In this document: positions 33,227-43,610 of the stretch, piece by piece | How the letters are laid out: every line of letters starts with the position of its first letter | Numbering within the stretch: position 1 is the stretch's first letter | Virus record (IMG/VR): IMGVR_UViG_3300037742_000046 | Span: 1 to 48,293 of that record | DNA from: a virus | Lineage: Duplodnaviria > Caudoviricetes | Strand: one strand, 5' to 3' | DNA length: 48,293 nt | Translations under genes and position numbers: made by a program | Notes under the pieces: generated by a model | What the model was told of the DNA's origin: nothing | What the model saw: only the letters and a program-made list of their open reading frames with translations | Databases searched by the model: none

Positions 33227-33547
33227 ATGGGCGCTACTAGGTTCCCCGGGGGTGTCACCGGAGCGAATGGTGAGGCCCTGGTCAGCACTCCTTCCGCGAC
33301 CCCTCGGGTTGCGGCGGGAGAGGCTGCTGTTACGGGCGCGACACTGGATGTCGTGACCGGTTTGGCGACGGTGGTGTCAGCCCAGGTATCGCTTGGTGAG
33401 GATCCTGGGGCGACCGCCGGTGACGTTTTCGCTGTTAGCGTGACGAAGCATGAGACGGCGGGAACGATCACGATCGCTATCTGGCAGGACGACGCGACGG
33501 CTGCGACTGAGGACACGACTGTGTTCTGGGCCGCGTTTGGGACTTAG
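33227..33547 (+). CDS. Putative virion structural protein
   Basis: Follows the capsid gene; ends V.WAAFG. Confidence 0.6.
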   Translation: MGATRFPGGVTGANGEALVSTPSATPRVAAGEAAVTGATLDVVTGLATVVSAQVSLGEDPGATAGDVFAVSVTKHETAGTITIAIWQDDATAATEDTTVFWAAFGT

Positions 33548-33552
33548 GTCCT

Positions 33553-33723
33553 GTGTTGTCGGATGCTGAGCGCTATGAGCACCGGCACCCTGAGACGGGT
33601 GTCGGTGAGGCGCAGGCCGCGGAGCGTCAGCAACGCATCGATCTTCGGGTTGGTGGGTTGCGTCGCACGTCGATGATTGTGGTCCCGGCGTTGCCGTGGC
33701 TTGAGGAGGACGCATGCAAATAG
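33553..33723 (+). CDS. 56-aa hypothetical protein
   Basis: Fills the gap; weak RBS. Confidence 0.35.
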   Translation: MLSDAERYEHRHPETGVGEAQAAERQQRIDLRVGGLRRTSMIVVPALPWLEEDACK

Positions 33724-33980
33724 ATCCTGATGCAACGATCCAGGAGTTGCGGGCTGAGGCGAAGCGTCAGGGGTTGTCTGGCGCTGGGTCGAAGAACGAG
33801 CTCCGTGAGCGCCTTGAGAGCGAGGGGCAGCCGGTCGCTGACCGGTACGCGATTGTGCGCAGGGATGCTCGGGCGTGGTGGTGCCCGGTTTGTGACCGAG
33901 CGAACACGCATCTTGTGCAGACGTGTCAGTGCGGCGCGGTACGTGACGGTGATCGGGTGCGACCGAAGGACACGGACTGA
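33714..33980 (+). CDS. SAP-motif + zinc ribbon protein
   Basis: TIQELRAEAKRQGLSGAGSKNELRERL; WWCPVC..N....CQCG. Confidence 0.75.
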   Translation: MQIDPDATIQELRAEAKRQGLSGAGSKNELRERLESEGQPVADRYAIVRRDARAWWCPVCDRANTHLVQTCQCGAVRDGDRVRPKDTD

Positions 33981-34285
33981 TGGGGGCTCTTGCTGATGGA
34001 CGCAGGGTTGTGACGACGGCTGGGACGAGCGTGGCGTTGTCGGCTACGTCGGTGTCGGTGTCGTCGGTCGCGATCACAGCGGAGACGGACAACACGGGTG
34101 TTGTTGTGGTTGGTGGCGTCGGGACGGTTGTCGCGGCGCTTGCCACGCGTCGCGGTGTGCCGTTGAGCGCGGGGGACACGTTGACGTTGGGGCGCGCTGA
34201 TCAGGTGGATGATCTTGCTGAGGTTGGCTTGGACGCAACGGTGAGTGGGGATGGCGTGACGTTTGTGTATGGGGTGCCGTCCTGA
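33980..34285 (+). CDS. Putative virion structural protein
   Basis: TGATG coupling; beta-rich. Confidence 0.6.
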   Translation: MGALADGRRVVTTAGTSVALSATSVSVSSVAITAETDNTGVVVVGGVGTVVAALATRRGVPLSAGDTLTLGRADQVDDLAEVGLDATVSGDGVTFVYGVPS

Positions 34286-34890
34286 TGGATGTGCGGCGTT
34301 CATCGATCGTTGGGTTTGAGCGGTTGGCGTCGAGTGCCCATCCGTTCCCGATGCCTTTGGTTGGGGAGGAGACGGTCGCGGCGCAGGATGCGCAGAGTTC
34401 GCGGACGCAGACCTCTGGCACCTTGCGGTGTGTGTGGCGTGTCGCGCGTCAGACGGAGCTGATCAATAGCGTGGTGCTACCGAGTGTTGGGGCGGCGGGT
34501 GCCACTCCGACGCTTGTGAGGTGTGGGATTTGGCGTCCGGATACTAGTAGCGCGGATCCTGCGTTGTGGTCGCTGGCTGAGTTGCTGACGGCGACACCAA
34601 ATGACACGGGGATCTATGCGGCTGGTAATGAGGAGTACCCAAAGGATTTCAGCGCGCCGTTTGCGAAGGTCGCCGGCTCGTGGTACGTGTTGGGTGTGTT
34701 GGTTGTGACGGCGGCTGCTGCACCAACGGTCCCGGCTCAGCTTATGGCGGGCACGGTGTTGTCTGCACCAACGCATGGTAGGCCGCGGAAGGCGACGACA
34801 ACGACGGGGCAAGCGGATCTGCCGGCGTCGGTTGCTGCTGGGTCGCTGACGACTGATAGCGGCATGATCTACGCGTTGTTGAAGCCGTGA
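34285..34890 (+). CDS. Putative virion structural/fibre-like protein
   Basis: Ala/Thr/Gly-rich beta protein in the head module. Confidence 0.55.
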   Translation: MDVRRSSIVGFERLASSAHPFPMPLVGEETVAAQDAQSSRTQTSGTLRCVWRVARQTELINSVVLPSVGAAGATPTLVRCGIWRPDTSSADPALWSLAELLTATPNDTGIYAAGNEEYPKDFSAPFAKVAGSWYVLGVLVVTAAAAPTVPAQLMAGTVLSAPTHGRPRKATTTTGQADLPASVAAGSLTTDSGMIYALLKP

Positions 34891-35315
34891 CGTTCACGTA
34901 TAACGTTGGGTCGCTGTCGTCGGCGTTGGCGCGTGTTCGCCTTGAGATTGGGGACACGGATTCGTCGGCGCCGTTGTTCGCTGATGAGGAGATCGCGGTT
35001 AAGGTTGCGTTGCGTGGCGATGATGTGTTGCTGGCGGCCGCTGACTTGTGTGACATCTTGGCGGTTCGGTTTGCCCGCGAGTTTGATTTTGACGCGAACG
35101 AATCGAAGAGTTTCAAGCGGTCCCAGAAGTCCGCTGCGTACCTGAAGATGGCTAAGGCGTTGCGGCAGCGAGCGAGCGGCGGGTTGAGCGTGGTGATCGT
35201 GACGAAGGCCGATGCGGTCGCGGATGACCTGTCGTCGCGGGACGCTGATGTCGCGGATCCACGGAACGGTCGGGTCAGGCATGGCTACTGGGATTCGGAT
35301 TTGCCGCCGTCATGA
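34887..35315 (+). CDS. Head-tail adaptor
   Basis: MTFTY...VRLEIGDTD...LF.DEEI. Confidence 0.8.
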   Translation: MTFTYNVGSLSSALARVRLEIGDTDSSAPLFADEEIAVKVALRGDDVLLAAADLCDILAVRFAREFDFDANESKSFKRSQKSAAYLKMAKALRQRASGGLSVVIVTKADAVADDLSSRDADVADPRNGRVRHGYWDSDLPPS

Positions 35316-35734
35316 GTTTGTTGTCGGCTGGCGACATCGCGTTGTTGCATGACACGATGGCAGGGGTTTCGAATGCTCGGGTGACGCAGATTGCTACACC
35401 GGGCACGTTGGGTGACAGTGGGGATCCTGGGACACCGGTGGTTGCTTGGTCCGGGTCGGCGGTGGCGTTTCTACTCGTGGTGGATCATGAGGAGTTGTCG
35501 GGTGGCGTCCAGGTGCAGGTCAAGGCGACGAAGCTCAGGGTGTTCGATGAGGCGGGTGCCCCTGTTGCTCAGTTGCGGTCGGGGGCGGACTGGGCTGCTT
35601 CTACGGTGGTTGTGGAGGACAGGCGGCAGGCTACGGCTTCGACGTTGCGGTGGACGATCGTGGGGATTGAGCATGAGTCTGATCAGACGTTGAATAGCGT
35701 GTTGCTGACGTTGAGTGATGGGCGTGCTGCGTGA
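35312..35734 (+). CDS. Head-closure/stopper protein
   Basis: Position after the adaptor. Confidence 0.6.
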   Translation: MSLLSAGDIALLHDTMAGVSNARVTQIATPGTLGDSGDPGTPVVAWSGSAVAFLLVVDHEELSGGVQVQVKATKLRVFDEAGAPVAQLRSGADWAASTVVVEDRRQATASTLRWTIVGIEHESDQTLNSVLLTLSDGRAA

Positions 35735-35991
35735 GTCTCGACACGACGGAGATCGGTGTTGTCGCTGCTTGCGTGATGGCTGATCTTGAAGACGACGAAC
35801 GTACAGGCCGACTAGGGGCTGATGCCCGGGTGGTGGCTGCCATGACGGTCTATGAGATCGCGTATACCGATGCTGAGGGTGATACGGCTAGTGCTGTTGG
35901 TCTTCGCGTCACGGATGACCGGAACGTTCTTGCCTTGGGGTTGACCGCTCGCGCGTATCAAGCACTTATCGATCCGGATCAGGATGGTTGA
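35731..35991 (+). CDS. Hypothetical protein
   Basis: GTGA overlap. Confidence 0.55.
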   Translation: MSLDTTEIGVVAACVMADLEDDERTGRLGADARVVAAMTVYEIAYTDAEGDTASAVGLRVTDDRNVLALGLTARAYQALIDPDQDG

Positions 35992-36866
35992 TGGCGACCG
36001 TTGAGTTTCCCTATGAGCGGCGCCTGAGCGAGTTTGACCGGACGGTGGCGGCTGCTCAGCGGGAGATCGCGTTGCAAGTCAAGCTTGCGTTGCGGGAAGG
36101 CGATCTGCGGTCGCGGCGGATGAGGTTGCTTCAGCTCGCGCGGGTAACGGCGATCCTGGATCAGCTCGGCGGGTATGTTGACCCTACGGTGCGCCGGTTG
36201 GTTGCTGAGGCGTATGAGCAGTCCGCGAAGAAGGCGGGGCAGCTAGCGGCTGGTGTGGCGGGTGCCCGTGAGGTCCCGGGCGCGTTTGTTGGTATCAGCC
36301 GTGAGGCTATTAGTGTGTTGCAGGACTCCGCTGAGGCGTCGCTACGGGACGCTCGGGTTCGGGTTGGCCGGCAGGTAGCGGATGTGTACGCGAAGGCTGG
36401 GAGGATGGCTGCGACGCGTGCTGTGTTGGGTGTTGATGGTTCGCCTCGCACTGCGGCGCGCAGGATGGCGGCGGATCTTATGAAGGATCGGATGGTTCGC
36501 GGGTTGGTGGGTGGCCCGGGGTTCGTGGATAGCGCGGGGCGGCATTGGGGCCTGGACCGGTACTCAAGCATGGTTGTCAGGACGACGACGCGTGAGGCTG
36601 TGGTGCAGGGCAGTATTGATCGGATGGTGTCGCATGGGGTTACGCTCGCGCGGTTCCTTGTGAGCGCGAGCGCATGCGCGGTGTGCCAGCAGTACTCTGG
36701 GCGCCTTGTTGATCTTGCCGGAAACGGCCGCGATTATGAGGGTGAGGCAACGATGACGGGGCCAACTCCACCGGTACATCCGCGCTGTACGTGTACGTTG
36801 TCGCCGTTCGCGGTGCGGGTTGAGCGGTTGCGTCGTGAACTAGCCGGAGGAGTGTCCCGTGCCTGA
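35988..36866 (+). CDS. Minor capsid protein (MuF/gp7-like)
   Basis: GFVDSAGRHW.L..Y..MVVRTT, CAVC, PPVHPRCTC. Confidence 0.8.
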   Translation: MMATVEFPYERRLSEFDRTVAAAQREIALQVKLALREGDLRSRRMRLLQLARVTAILDQLGGYVDPTVRRLVAEAYEQSAKKAGQLAAGVAGAREVPGAFVGISREAISVLQDSAEASLRDARVRVGRQVADVYAKAGRMAATRAVLGVDGSPRTAARRMAADLMKDRMVRGLVGGPGFVDSAGRHWGLDRYSSMVVRTTTREAVVQGSIDRMVSHGVTLARFLVSASACAVCQQYSGRLVDLAGNGRDYEGEATMTGPTPPVHPRCTCTLSPFAVRVERLRRELAGGVSRA

Positions 36867-37092
36867 TTTCATTGTGCTGCATACGACTAGTGCGACGGGT
36901 TCTCAACGGGTGTGGGTGGAGTTGGGGCGTTTCACGGTCGCGAAGCCTGCGATGGCGTTTCGGGCGGTTGGTCCACCGGAGCCGGGGGAGTATTTGGTGT
37001 TGCCGGTTGAGCGGCAGTTCACGGCTTCGGTGAAGACGACGGTGGCGGTGGTGGAACCACCGCCTGAGCCTGAGCCACCGGTTGTGCCGTGA
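36859..37092 (+). CDS. Hypothetical protein
   Basis: GGAGG RBS. Confidence 0.55.
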   Translation: MPDFIVLHTTSATGSQRVWVELGRFTVAKPAMAFRAVGPPEPGEYLVLPVERQFTASVKTTVAVVEPPPEPEPPVVP

Positions 37093-37442
37093 TGGGACGC
37101 TACATGTATGTGGGGCTAGGGGTTTTGTTGTCGAAGGGTCGCGCTGCGGTGCTTGAGGCGACGACGGAATGCGCTGAGGACCTTGTCGCGAAGAGCCAAG
37201 CGTATACGCCGGTTGATACGGGGACGTTGTCGGCAAGTCAGCATGTCGCGTCGGTGACGCAGTCCGGGTTTCGAGTTGAGGCTGTTGTGTCGACGGGCGG
37301 TGAGGCCGACGAGTATGCGATACCCGTGCATGAGGGAACGAGTAGGGGCGTGCCTGCCTTCAAGTACATGGAACGTGCGCTGCTTGAGAACGCTCCGTTG
37401 TATGCCGAGGCGATGGCTAAAGCGTCGAAGGATCAGTTTTAG
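37089..37442 (+). CDS. HK97 gp10-like neck protein
   Basis: PVDTGTLSAS, YA..VHEG, KYMERA. Confidence 0.8.
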   Translation: MMGRYMYVGLGVLLSKGRAAVLEATTECAEDLVAKSQAYTPVDTGTLSASQHVASVTQSGFRVEAVVSTGGEADEYAIPVHEGTSRGVPAFKYMERALLENAPLYAEAMAKASKDQF

Positions 37443-37940
37443 ATGGCTGAGCTTGTGTTGGTCGAGGAGCTCGCGGCGTATCTCGTTGCGCAAGGTATCG
37501 GGCAGCGCCCGTCGGTTGCGCCGAGCACGTCGGTCCCGTCGATCTGGTTGATGCCTCGTGATGGTGCTGCGTTGCCGCGGGCGGGGGAGAACATCACCGT
37601 CACGTTGAACGACACGTTGCCGGGCCCGGATCAGGGGTTGATGGCGTGGGTTGAGGGCACGATCGTGGATGTGACGGTGCGGTCGCGGCAGCCTGGGCCG
37701 GGGAAGCTGGTTCAGCGCGCGATCAAGCGGCTGTTGGTGCCGTTCGATGCTCACGGTGGGCGCCGTCAGTGGATGATGAATAGTTTGCTTGTGGAGTCGT
37801 CGTATGAGTGGCGTGGGGATCAGCCGTTGCCGTCGGTGGAGAGCGCTTCGAGCGATAACCCACACGTCACGTACGACAGGATCGCTTCCTACCGGTTCTC
37901 AGTGCGCCGCAAGATCCTGTCCGGTTTGACCTTGCCGTAA
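37443..37940 (+). CDS. Tail terminator-like protein
   Basis: Position; LAAYL...G. Confidence 0.65.
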   Translation: MAELVLVEELAAYLVAQGIGQRPSVAPSTSVPSIWLMPRDGAALPRAGENITVTLNDTLPGPDQGLMAWVEGTIVDVTVRSRQPGPGKLVQRAIKRLLVPFDAHGGRRQWMMNSLLVESSYEWRGDQPLPSVESASSDNPHVTYDRIASYRFSVRRKILSGLTLP

Positions 37941-38026
37941 CCACTGGGCGCGGAGCCCGGTGCCTGCTAGACCCGTTCGTCATGGGACGCGCGGCTACTT
38001 CTCGACGCTCAATGGAGGGCGCCCTC

Positions 38027-38509
38027 ATGCATGCAGAAACCCCAGACAGTGGCGAAGTCGCTGCTGCTGACCTAGAGACGGTCAAGGACCCGGCCCCAGC
38101 GGTCACGGTCCATCAGCCCGTCGAAGGCGACACAGACACGACGTGGCTGAAGCTGCTTGACACGATCGGTGTGTCCGCGAACGGCAACCTAGAACCTCTC
38201 GTGGACATCGGGATGGTTATCGCGGTCCCGCAGATGGTTGACATGCCCGACGGGACGCAGGAGGTCGGTGAGGGCGTCCAGGCGCTACGGATCACGCATA
38301 GTCCCACGCTCGACATCTTCAGGCCGGCACGGTTCGTTGAGGGCGGCCGGATGGTTGAGACACGCGACGCCAGGGTTGTTGAGGGGTTGTTGAAGACCGG
38401 GAACTGGGAGCTTGTGGGTCGCCCGACGAAGAAGGATGTTGCGTCGCATGTCAAGCAGTTGACGGACGCTCTGGATGAGGCAGCCAACCGCAGCGACGAG
38501 GAGCGATGA
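38027..38509 (+). CDS. Hypothetical protein
   Basis: GGAGG RBS; precedes the tail tube gene. Confidence 0.6.
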   Translation: MHAETPDSGEVAAADLETVKDPAPAVTVHQPVEGDTDTTWLKLLDTIGVSANGNLEPLVDIGMVIAVPQMVDMPDGTQEVGEGVQALRITHSPTLDIFRPARFVEGGRMVETRDARVVEGLLKTGNWELVGRPTKKDVASHVKQLTDALDEAANRSDEER

Positions 38510-38512
38510 CCT

Positions 38513-39541
38513 ATGGCGACTAATGCACTTGACTCAGTAAACGGTGGTGTGTGGCGATCGAAGCAGTCTGCGCTTGGCACGATTGAGCCGTCGAATGCTG
38601 CGACGATGAAGATGCTTCGCAAGTCCGGGGATGACGCGTTGCGGCCCGCGAAGGAATATGGGATGGAAGAGTACGTTGATGGCAACTCGTGGGGTTCCCC
38701 GGGGATGTTCATCGACACGGTTGGTGGGGATGTTGGGTCGCTGACGTACCAGGCGCAGATCGAGACGGCGGGGGTTGCGTTCGCGTCGATTGTGGGTGTG
38801 GATGTTGTGACGGGGGCGCCGTCGGATTACACCCACACCATCAATACGAGTACGGCGCTTGGGAACCTTCAGACGATCTATCAGAAGGCGGGTTCGTCGG
38901 TTGGGCCGTGGCGCAACGCGTACTGGGATGCGCGGATCAACAAGCTGACGTGGACGTGCGGGCAGGATCAGAAGGTTGCGCATGTCATGGAGAACATCTT
39001 TGCGATGAAGGCGGCGGCGTGGTTCACGACGGACCCGGTAGCGACGGATTCGGGAACCGATCCGTTCAACTGGAATGAGGTCACGGGGTCGATCGTTGTC
39101 AACTCGATTGCGTTGCCTGAGGTTGAGTCGGAGACGTTTGAGCTTGACCGCAAGATCGAGGTGCATCGCGGCGACTCTGCTGCCCCGATCTGTTTCGTGC
39201 CGGGGAAGGGTGAGATCACACGTTCGATGTCGACGCTTGTGACGGACACGGACATCCCGATCATCCAGCAGATCCTGTATGGCACGACGACTATGAGCAA
39301 CGGTTTGGCTGTCAGTACGACGGTGACTGAGATCCCGATGATCAGCGTGTACACGCGGACGGCTGTCAGGTCGTTGTCGCTGAGCACGCTAAAGGTTGTG
39401 TGTGACCCCAACGACTTTGAGATCGGACCACGGGCTGAGGGCGGCAAGGTGCCGATCACGTTCGGGGGAAGGTGTCGCGCGACGGCGGGGTCGATTACCA
39501 CGATCATCGCGAAGACCGGCGATGCAGCCTCGTACGTCTGA
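38513..39541 (+). CDS. Major tail (tube) protein
   Basis: Position, size, YTHT motif, Thr-rich. Confidence 0.8.
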   Translation: MATNALDSVNGGVWRSKQSALGTIEPSNAATMKMLRKSGDDALRPAKEYGMEEYVDGNSWGSPGMFIDTVGGDVGSLTYQAQIETAGVAFASIVGVDVVTGAPSDYTHTINTSTALGNLQTIYQKAGSSVGPWRNAYWDARINKLTWTCGQDQKVAHVMENIFAMKAAAWFTTDPVATDSGTDPFNWNEVTGSIVVNSIALPEVESETFELDRKIEVHRGDSAAPICFVPGKGEITRSMSTLVTDTDIPIIQQILYGTTTMSNGLAVSTTVTEIPMISVYTRTAVRSLSLSTLKVVCDPNDFEIGPRAEGGKVPITFGGRCRATAGSITTIIAKTGDAASYV

Positions 39542-40245
39542 TGCCGGCGCCACGGAAGGCCCCCGCGAAGCCTAAGCTGCCCCCGGTCACGGTTGCTCGC
39601 TTCGACGTTGCGATAGAGCTGGTCGAAGCGCTCGTGGACGAGCAAACAGACACGTTTATCGCGAAGGGTCAGGAGTACCGTGACCGACACAGGGAGGGCA
39701 CGACACGGAAGTTGACGGCTCAGGAGTCCGCGCAGGTGGCGTCAGCGATGGCGTCCCTCGGTGATCTCAACCCGGTGTCCGTCGCTGTCGCGGTGCAGGA
39801 GTCGGATTTGCGGGGCTACGATGAACCGGAGCCCGTTGAGATTCTGTTGCGGGCGGGGGTGGCTACGGCGCCTGCTGCACTAGCGTCGGTGCTGCGGTTC
39901 GTTGCGCTTGTGGAGATGCCCGCTGACGTGTTCATGGCGGCTCGTGAGGCCGATGGGCTTGATGGGGCGTTGGATGAGGCTGTGAAGCCGATGGCGTACG
40001 CGGAGCTCGATGGGACGGGTGGGATGCGTGCGCGGGCTGTCGCGGCGTTTGAGCATTTCGGTAGGGCTGCGGGCGCCGAGGGAAAGGCACTGAGCCTGTT
40101 CCCGCGCGCCCTTTGGCAAGCGGTGCAGCAGGCAACGAGCAGCTTGGGGCTGATTCGTGCACCATCATCGTTGACCGGCTCGCCTCCGAGTACGGGTGGG
40201 GACGACGGGACATCGAGTATGACCTCAGCTACGAGCGGGCTGTGA
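39541..40245 (+). CDS. Tail assembly chaperone (G-like)
   Basis: Between tube and tape measure; contains a slippery site. Confidence 0.75.
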   Translation: MPAPRKAPAKPKLPPVTVARFDVAIELVEALVDEQTDTFIAKGQEYRDRHREGTTRKLTAQESAQVASAMASLGDLNPVSVAVAVQESDLRGYDEPEPVEILLRAGVATAPAALASVLRFVALVEMPADVFMAAREADGLDGALDEAVKPMAYAELDGTGGMRARAVAAFEHFGRAAGAEGKALSLFPRALWQAVQQATSSLGLIRAPSSLTGSPPSTGGDDGTSSMTSATSGL

Positions 40246-40412
40246 TGCTCATCGCGCTCATTGATCGGCGTGCGCGGGATCAACGTCGCTTTGACGCGGG
40301 GTTGCATGGCATGAGTCTCGCTGGCGATGAGGTCAAGCCTGGTGTGGCGCATAACCGGTCGCACGCCGCGAATGAGCGCATGAAAGCTAGGCATGCTAGG
40401 CGGCCTGTCTGA
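39541..40412 (+). CDS. Tail assembly chaperone, -1 frameshift product (GT-like)
   Basis: G GGA AAG at 40080-40086 in frame; -1 frame stays open to TGA at 40412 overlapping the tape-measure ATG. Confidence 0.8.
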
Positions 40413-43400
40413 TGTTTAGCGCCGGATCAGTCCAGGCCGTTTTGTCCGGCAATTTCAATCCCGCTGGGTTCATGGCGTTTGACCGCGCGATGCATAAGTC
40501 CGCGGCAACGATGGCGAGTAGCGAGAAACGGATGGCTGGATCCCAGTCACGAATGAGCCGTGGTATGGCTGCGGTCGGTCGCGGCGGTGCCATGGCACTC
40601 GCCGGTGGTGTGCTGGCGGCCGGCGTCGCGATCAGCAAGTCCGTGAGTCTGGCCGCAGACTTCGAGGAGCAGTTGTCGCGACTGAAAGCGACAACGGGTG
40701 CCGGTGCGGCAGCCATGAAGGGCTTCAAGAAGGACGCGATGGATGCTGGCGCCGCTACGAAGTTCAGTGCGTTGGATGCCGCGAAGGCCCAGGTAGAGCT
40801 TGCTAAGGGCGGGCTCGCTGTCAAGGACATGAGTGGTGGGTTGAAAGCGGCGGTTGGGCTGGCGGCGGCCGGTGAGATCGATCTTGCGTTGGCTGGCGAG
40901 ACGGTCGTCAATGCGATGAAGCAGTTCAAGATTGAGGGTGGCGACGCTACCCATGTCGCTGATGCCCTTGCGACGGCGGCGAACGCCACGACCGCTGATG
41001 TTGGGCATTTTGCTATGGCGTTGACGCAGGGTGGTGCGGCTGCGAAGGCTGCTGGCATGAACTTGGATGAGACGGTTGCGTTGTTGGAGGCGTTTGCGGA
41101 TAACAGCGTGAAAGGGTCGGATGCTGGTACGTCGATGAAGGCGATGTTGACGCAGCTCGCGGCACCGACGGCTAAGCAGTCGAAGGCTGCGAGGGATCTG
41201 AACCTTGAGTTGTGGGATCAGCAAGGAAACTTGAAGCCGCTACCGCAGATGGCGAAGGCGTTGGATGCGGCGTTTGGCGGGTTGACGAACAAGGAGCGAT
41301 TGAAGAACGCGGCGACGATCGCGGGTACGGATGGTATGCGTGGGCTGTTGGCGTTGTACGCGTCGTCGCCGGGGAAGATGCAGGCTTATCTTGACGGGTT
41401 GAAGGAGCAGGGCACCGCCGCGGATGTGGCCGATAAGAAGCAGGACAACTTGCGCGGCAATATTGAGCAGTTGAAGGGGTCCCTTGAAACGGCGGGGATC
41501 GCGTTAGGTGAAGGGTTGTTGCCGGCGTTGTCGGAGGGTGCAGAGAAACTGACGGGCACCATCAACGAGATGACGTCATCTGGGGATCTACAGCAGATGG
41601 GCAAGGATCTTGGGGACATCGTCAATTCGCTGGTTGAGGCTGGCCCTGCCATCGCTGAAGGCTTTTCAGTTGGGTTGTCGGTCGCTAAGGGACTCCTGAA
41701 AGCAGTAGGCGCGGCTGCTCTGACGATGCTTGTTCCGATTAATGTTGCGGCTAAGGCGTTGCTGGTGCTGGGGAAGGCCGCGAACCTCATCCCGGGTGTT
41801 GATATTGATCTCGGGGGGTTGGAGTCGGCGAGCAAGAAGATCGATTCGGTGGTCGATTCGATCTCCAACAACTTGCGGGGGATCGAGAAGAAGTCGCCGA
41901 CGATCCGGATCAAGGGGGATGCGTCTCAGGCGACGGCGGCGCTGAAGCGTGTCCAGGCGATGGGGTTGAGCGACAAGGTGATGCGGATCCTTGGGAAGGA
42001 CATCAGCGCTGCGGCGAAGATCAAGCAGTTGCGGGCGATGGGGATCGATCCGAAGACCGCTCGGATCCTTGGTCAGAACGCGGATGCGATCTCCAAGATT
42101 GGGAGTGTGCGGGGCGCGCTCGCACAGATTCCTTCTTCGAAGAACATCAATCTTACGGTCACGACTACGGCGGTCAGCAAGATTGGTGCGGCCACGAACA
42201 AGATTCTTGAGGCGGCGAAGCGGAAGGGCCGCGCGAAGGGTCGTGGGCCGGGTGGGTCTGAGGTCGCGTTGACGGGGGAGGGCCGTGGCCCGGAGCTCGT
42301 GGGGAGCGCGTCCACGGGGTTTCAGGTGGTGTCGGAGCCCACGCTGTTGAGTCTTGGTCCCACGGATTATGTTGTGCCGTTTGGTGATCCGTCGCAGTCG
42401 GGGCGTGCGCTGGGGTTGATGATGGACATGTTCGGCATTCGTGGGTACGCGAAGGGCAAGAAGGCATCCAAGAAGAAGGGTGCCGCGAAGCCCAGGGACC
42501 TACCGGTTCCGCAGGCGGTGCAGTTCGGGGCCGTTCCTTCCGATGAGCTGGATGAGAGTCGCGACAAGGCGCGGGAGAGCTACCAGAAACGCAAGGAGCG
42601 CGTCCGGGATCTCGGCGTCGACATTCGTTCGCAGAAAGGCAAGGTCGCATCAGCGAAGAAGGGGCCGGCGAAGCGTGCTGCGCAACGCAAGCTTTCGGAG
42701 TTGCGAAAGGATCAGCGTCGCTATCGGGATGGTGGCGATGGGTTGCAGTCGCTGGCGGCGATGCGTAAGCAGTGGCAGGACTTGCAGAAGCAGTCGATTG
42801 TTCTTGCGGCGCATAACCGCGAGATCGAGCGGTTGAACACGTTGCAGGAGACGGACAGGACACGGATGGCGACCGCTTCGAAGCTGGGTGATAGTGGGGC
42901 GTGGACGGCTGCGAAGAAGCGGCGTGGCGGGACGCTCGCGACGTTGAAAGCGAAGTATGCACGGGCGTTGAAGCTCGCTAAGCCTGGGTCTGTGTTCGCC
43001 GCGGAGCTGGAGAGCAAGCTTGCTGGGGTGGAGGGCGAGATCGCGGACGTGGCCGGCGAGGCGTTCGAGCCACCGGAGGTCAAGTCGCCGTTTGAGGGTG
43101 GCATGACTGAGCAGGAACGCGCGACGTTGGAGGGCCTTGAAGCAGCTCAGTCGCTGGCGGCGTTGACGGCGGGGACTGAGGATGATCGTGCGGCGGCGGT
43201 TGCTACTGAGGGCTTTTTGACGGGGATTCTCGGGGCGGTGCAGCGCGACCCTTCGCGTGGTGGTGCGGCTGCGATCCGGGATGTCGCGGACAGGGTTGCG
43301 CAGGCCCGCTCGAATGTCGCTTCGTTTGCTGGTGGTGCCGCAACCTCGAATGAGAACGCGGATGTGCAGGCCCAGCTTGAGCAGGCCCGTGAGGTGGCTC

Positions 43401-43609
43401 GCGTGGCGCAGCGTGAGTCGGACATCAACCGGCTTGGGTTGGCGACGTTCAAGGGTGCGGGGGACATTGGGATGGGTGGCCCCAGAATCATTATCAATAC
43501 GTTGCATCCCGGGGATCCGGCTACGCTGCGGGCAATTGGGGATGCTGCGGTTGGTGGGATGAGTTTGCAGGGGTCTGTGTCGTCGCCGCGCACGAACTTG
43601 GGGCTCTGA
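40412..43609 (+). CDS. Tape measure protein (TP901-type core)
   Basis: 1065 aa; ATKFSA..AA.A..ELAK.G, GSDAGTSMK.ML..L, DNLRG.IEQLKGS.E. Confidence 0.93.
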   Translation: MFSAGSVQAVLSGNFNPAGFMAFDRAMHKSAATMASSEKRMAGSQSRMSRGMAAVGRGGAMALAGGVLAAGVAISKSVSLAADFEEQLSRLKATTGAGAAAMKGFKKDAMDAGAATKFSALDAAKAQVELAKGGLAVKDMSGGLKAAVGLAAAGEIDLALAGETVVNAMKQFKIEGGDATHVADALATAANATTADVGHFAMALTQGGAAAKAAGMNLDETVALLEAFADNSVKGSDAGTSMKAMLTQLAAPTAKQSKAARDLNLELWDQQGNLKPLPQMAKALDAAFGGLTNKERLKNAATIAGTDGMRGLLALYASSPGKMQAYLDGLKEQGTAADVADKKQDNLRGNIEQLKGSLETAGIALGEGLLPALSEGAEKLTGTINEMTSSGDLQQMGKDLGDIVNSLVEAGPAIAEGFSVGLSVAKGLLKAVGAAALTMLVPINVAAKALLVLGKAANLIPGVDIDLGGLESASKKIDSVVDSISNNLRGIEKKSPTIRIKGDASQATAALKRVQAMGLSDKVMRILGKDISAAAKIKQLRAMGIDPKTARILGQNADAISKIGSVRGALAQIPSSKNINLTVTTTAVSKIGAATNKILEAAKRKGRAKGRGPGGSEVALTGEGRGPELVGSASTGFQVVSEPTLLSLGPTDYVVPFGDPSQSGRALGLMMDMFGIRGYAKGKKASKKKGAAKPRDLPVPQAVQFGAVPSDELDESRDKARESYQKRKERVRDLGVDIRSQKGKVASAKKGPAKRAAQRKLSELRKDQRRYRDGGDGLQSLAAMRKQWQDLQKQSIVLAAHNREIERLNTLQETDRTRMATASKLGDSGAWTAAKKRRGGTLATLKAKYARALKLAKPGSVFAAELESKLAGVEGEIADVAGEAFEPPEVKSPFEGGMTEQERATLEGLEAAQSLAALTAGTEDDRAAAVATEGFLTGILGAVQRDPSRGGAAAIRDVADRVAQARSNVASFAGGAATSNENADVQAQLEQAREVARVAQRESDINRLGLATFKGAGDIGMGGPRIIINTLHPGDPATLRAIGDAAVGGMSLQGSVSSPRTNLGL

Positions 43610-43610
43610 C

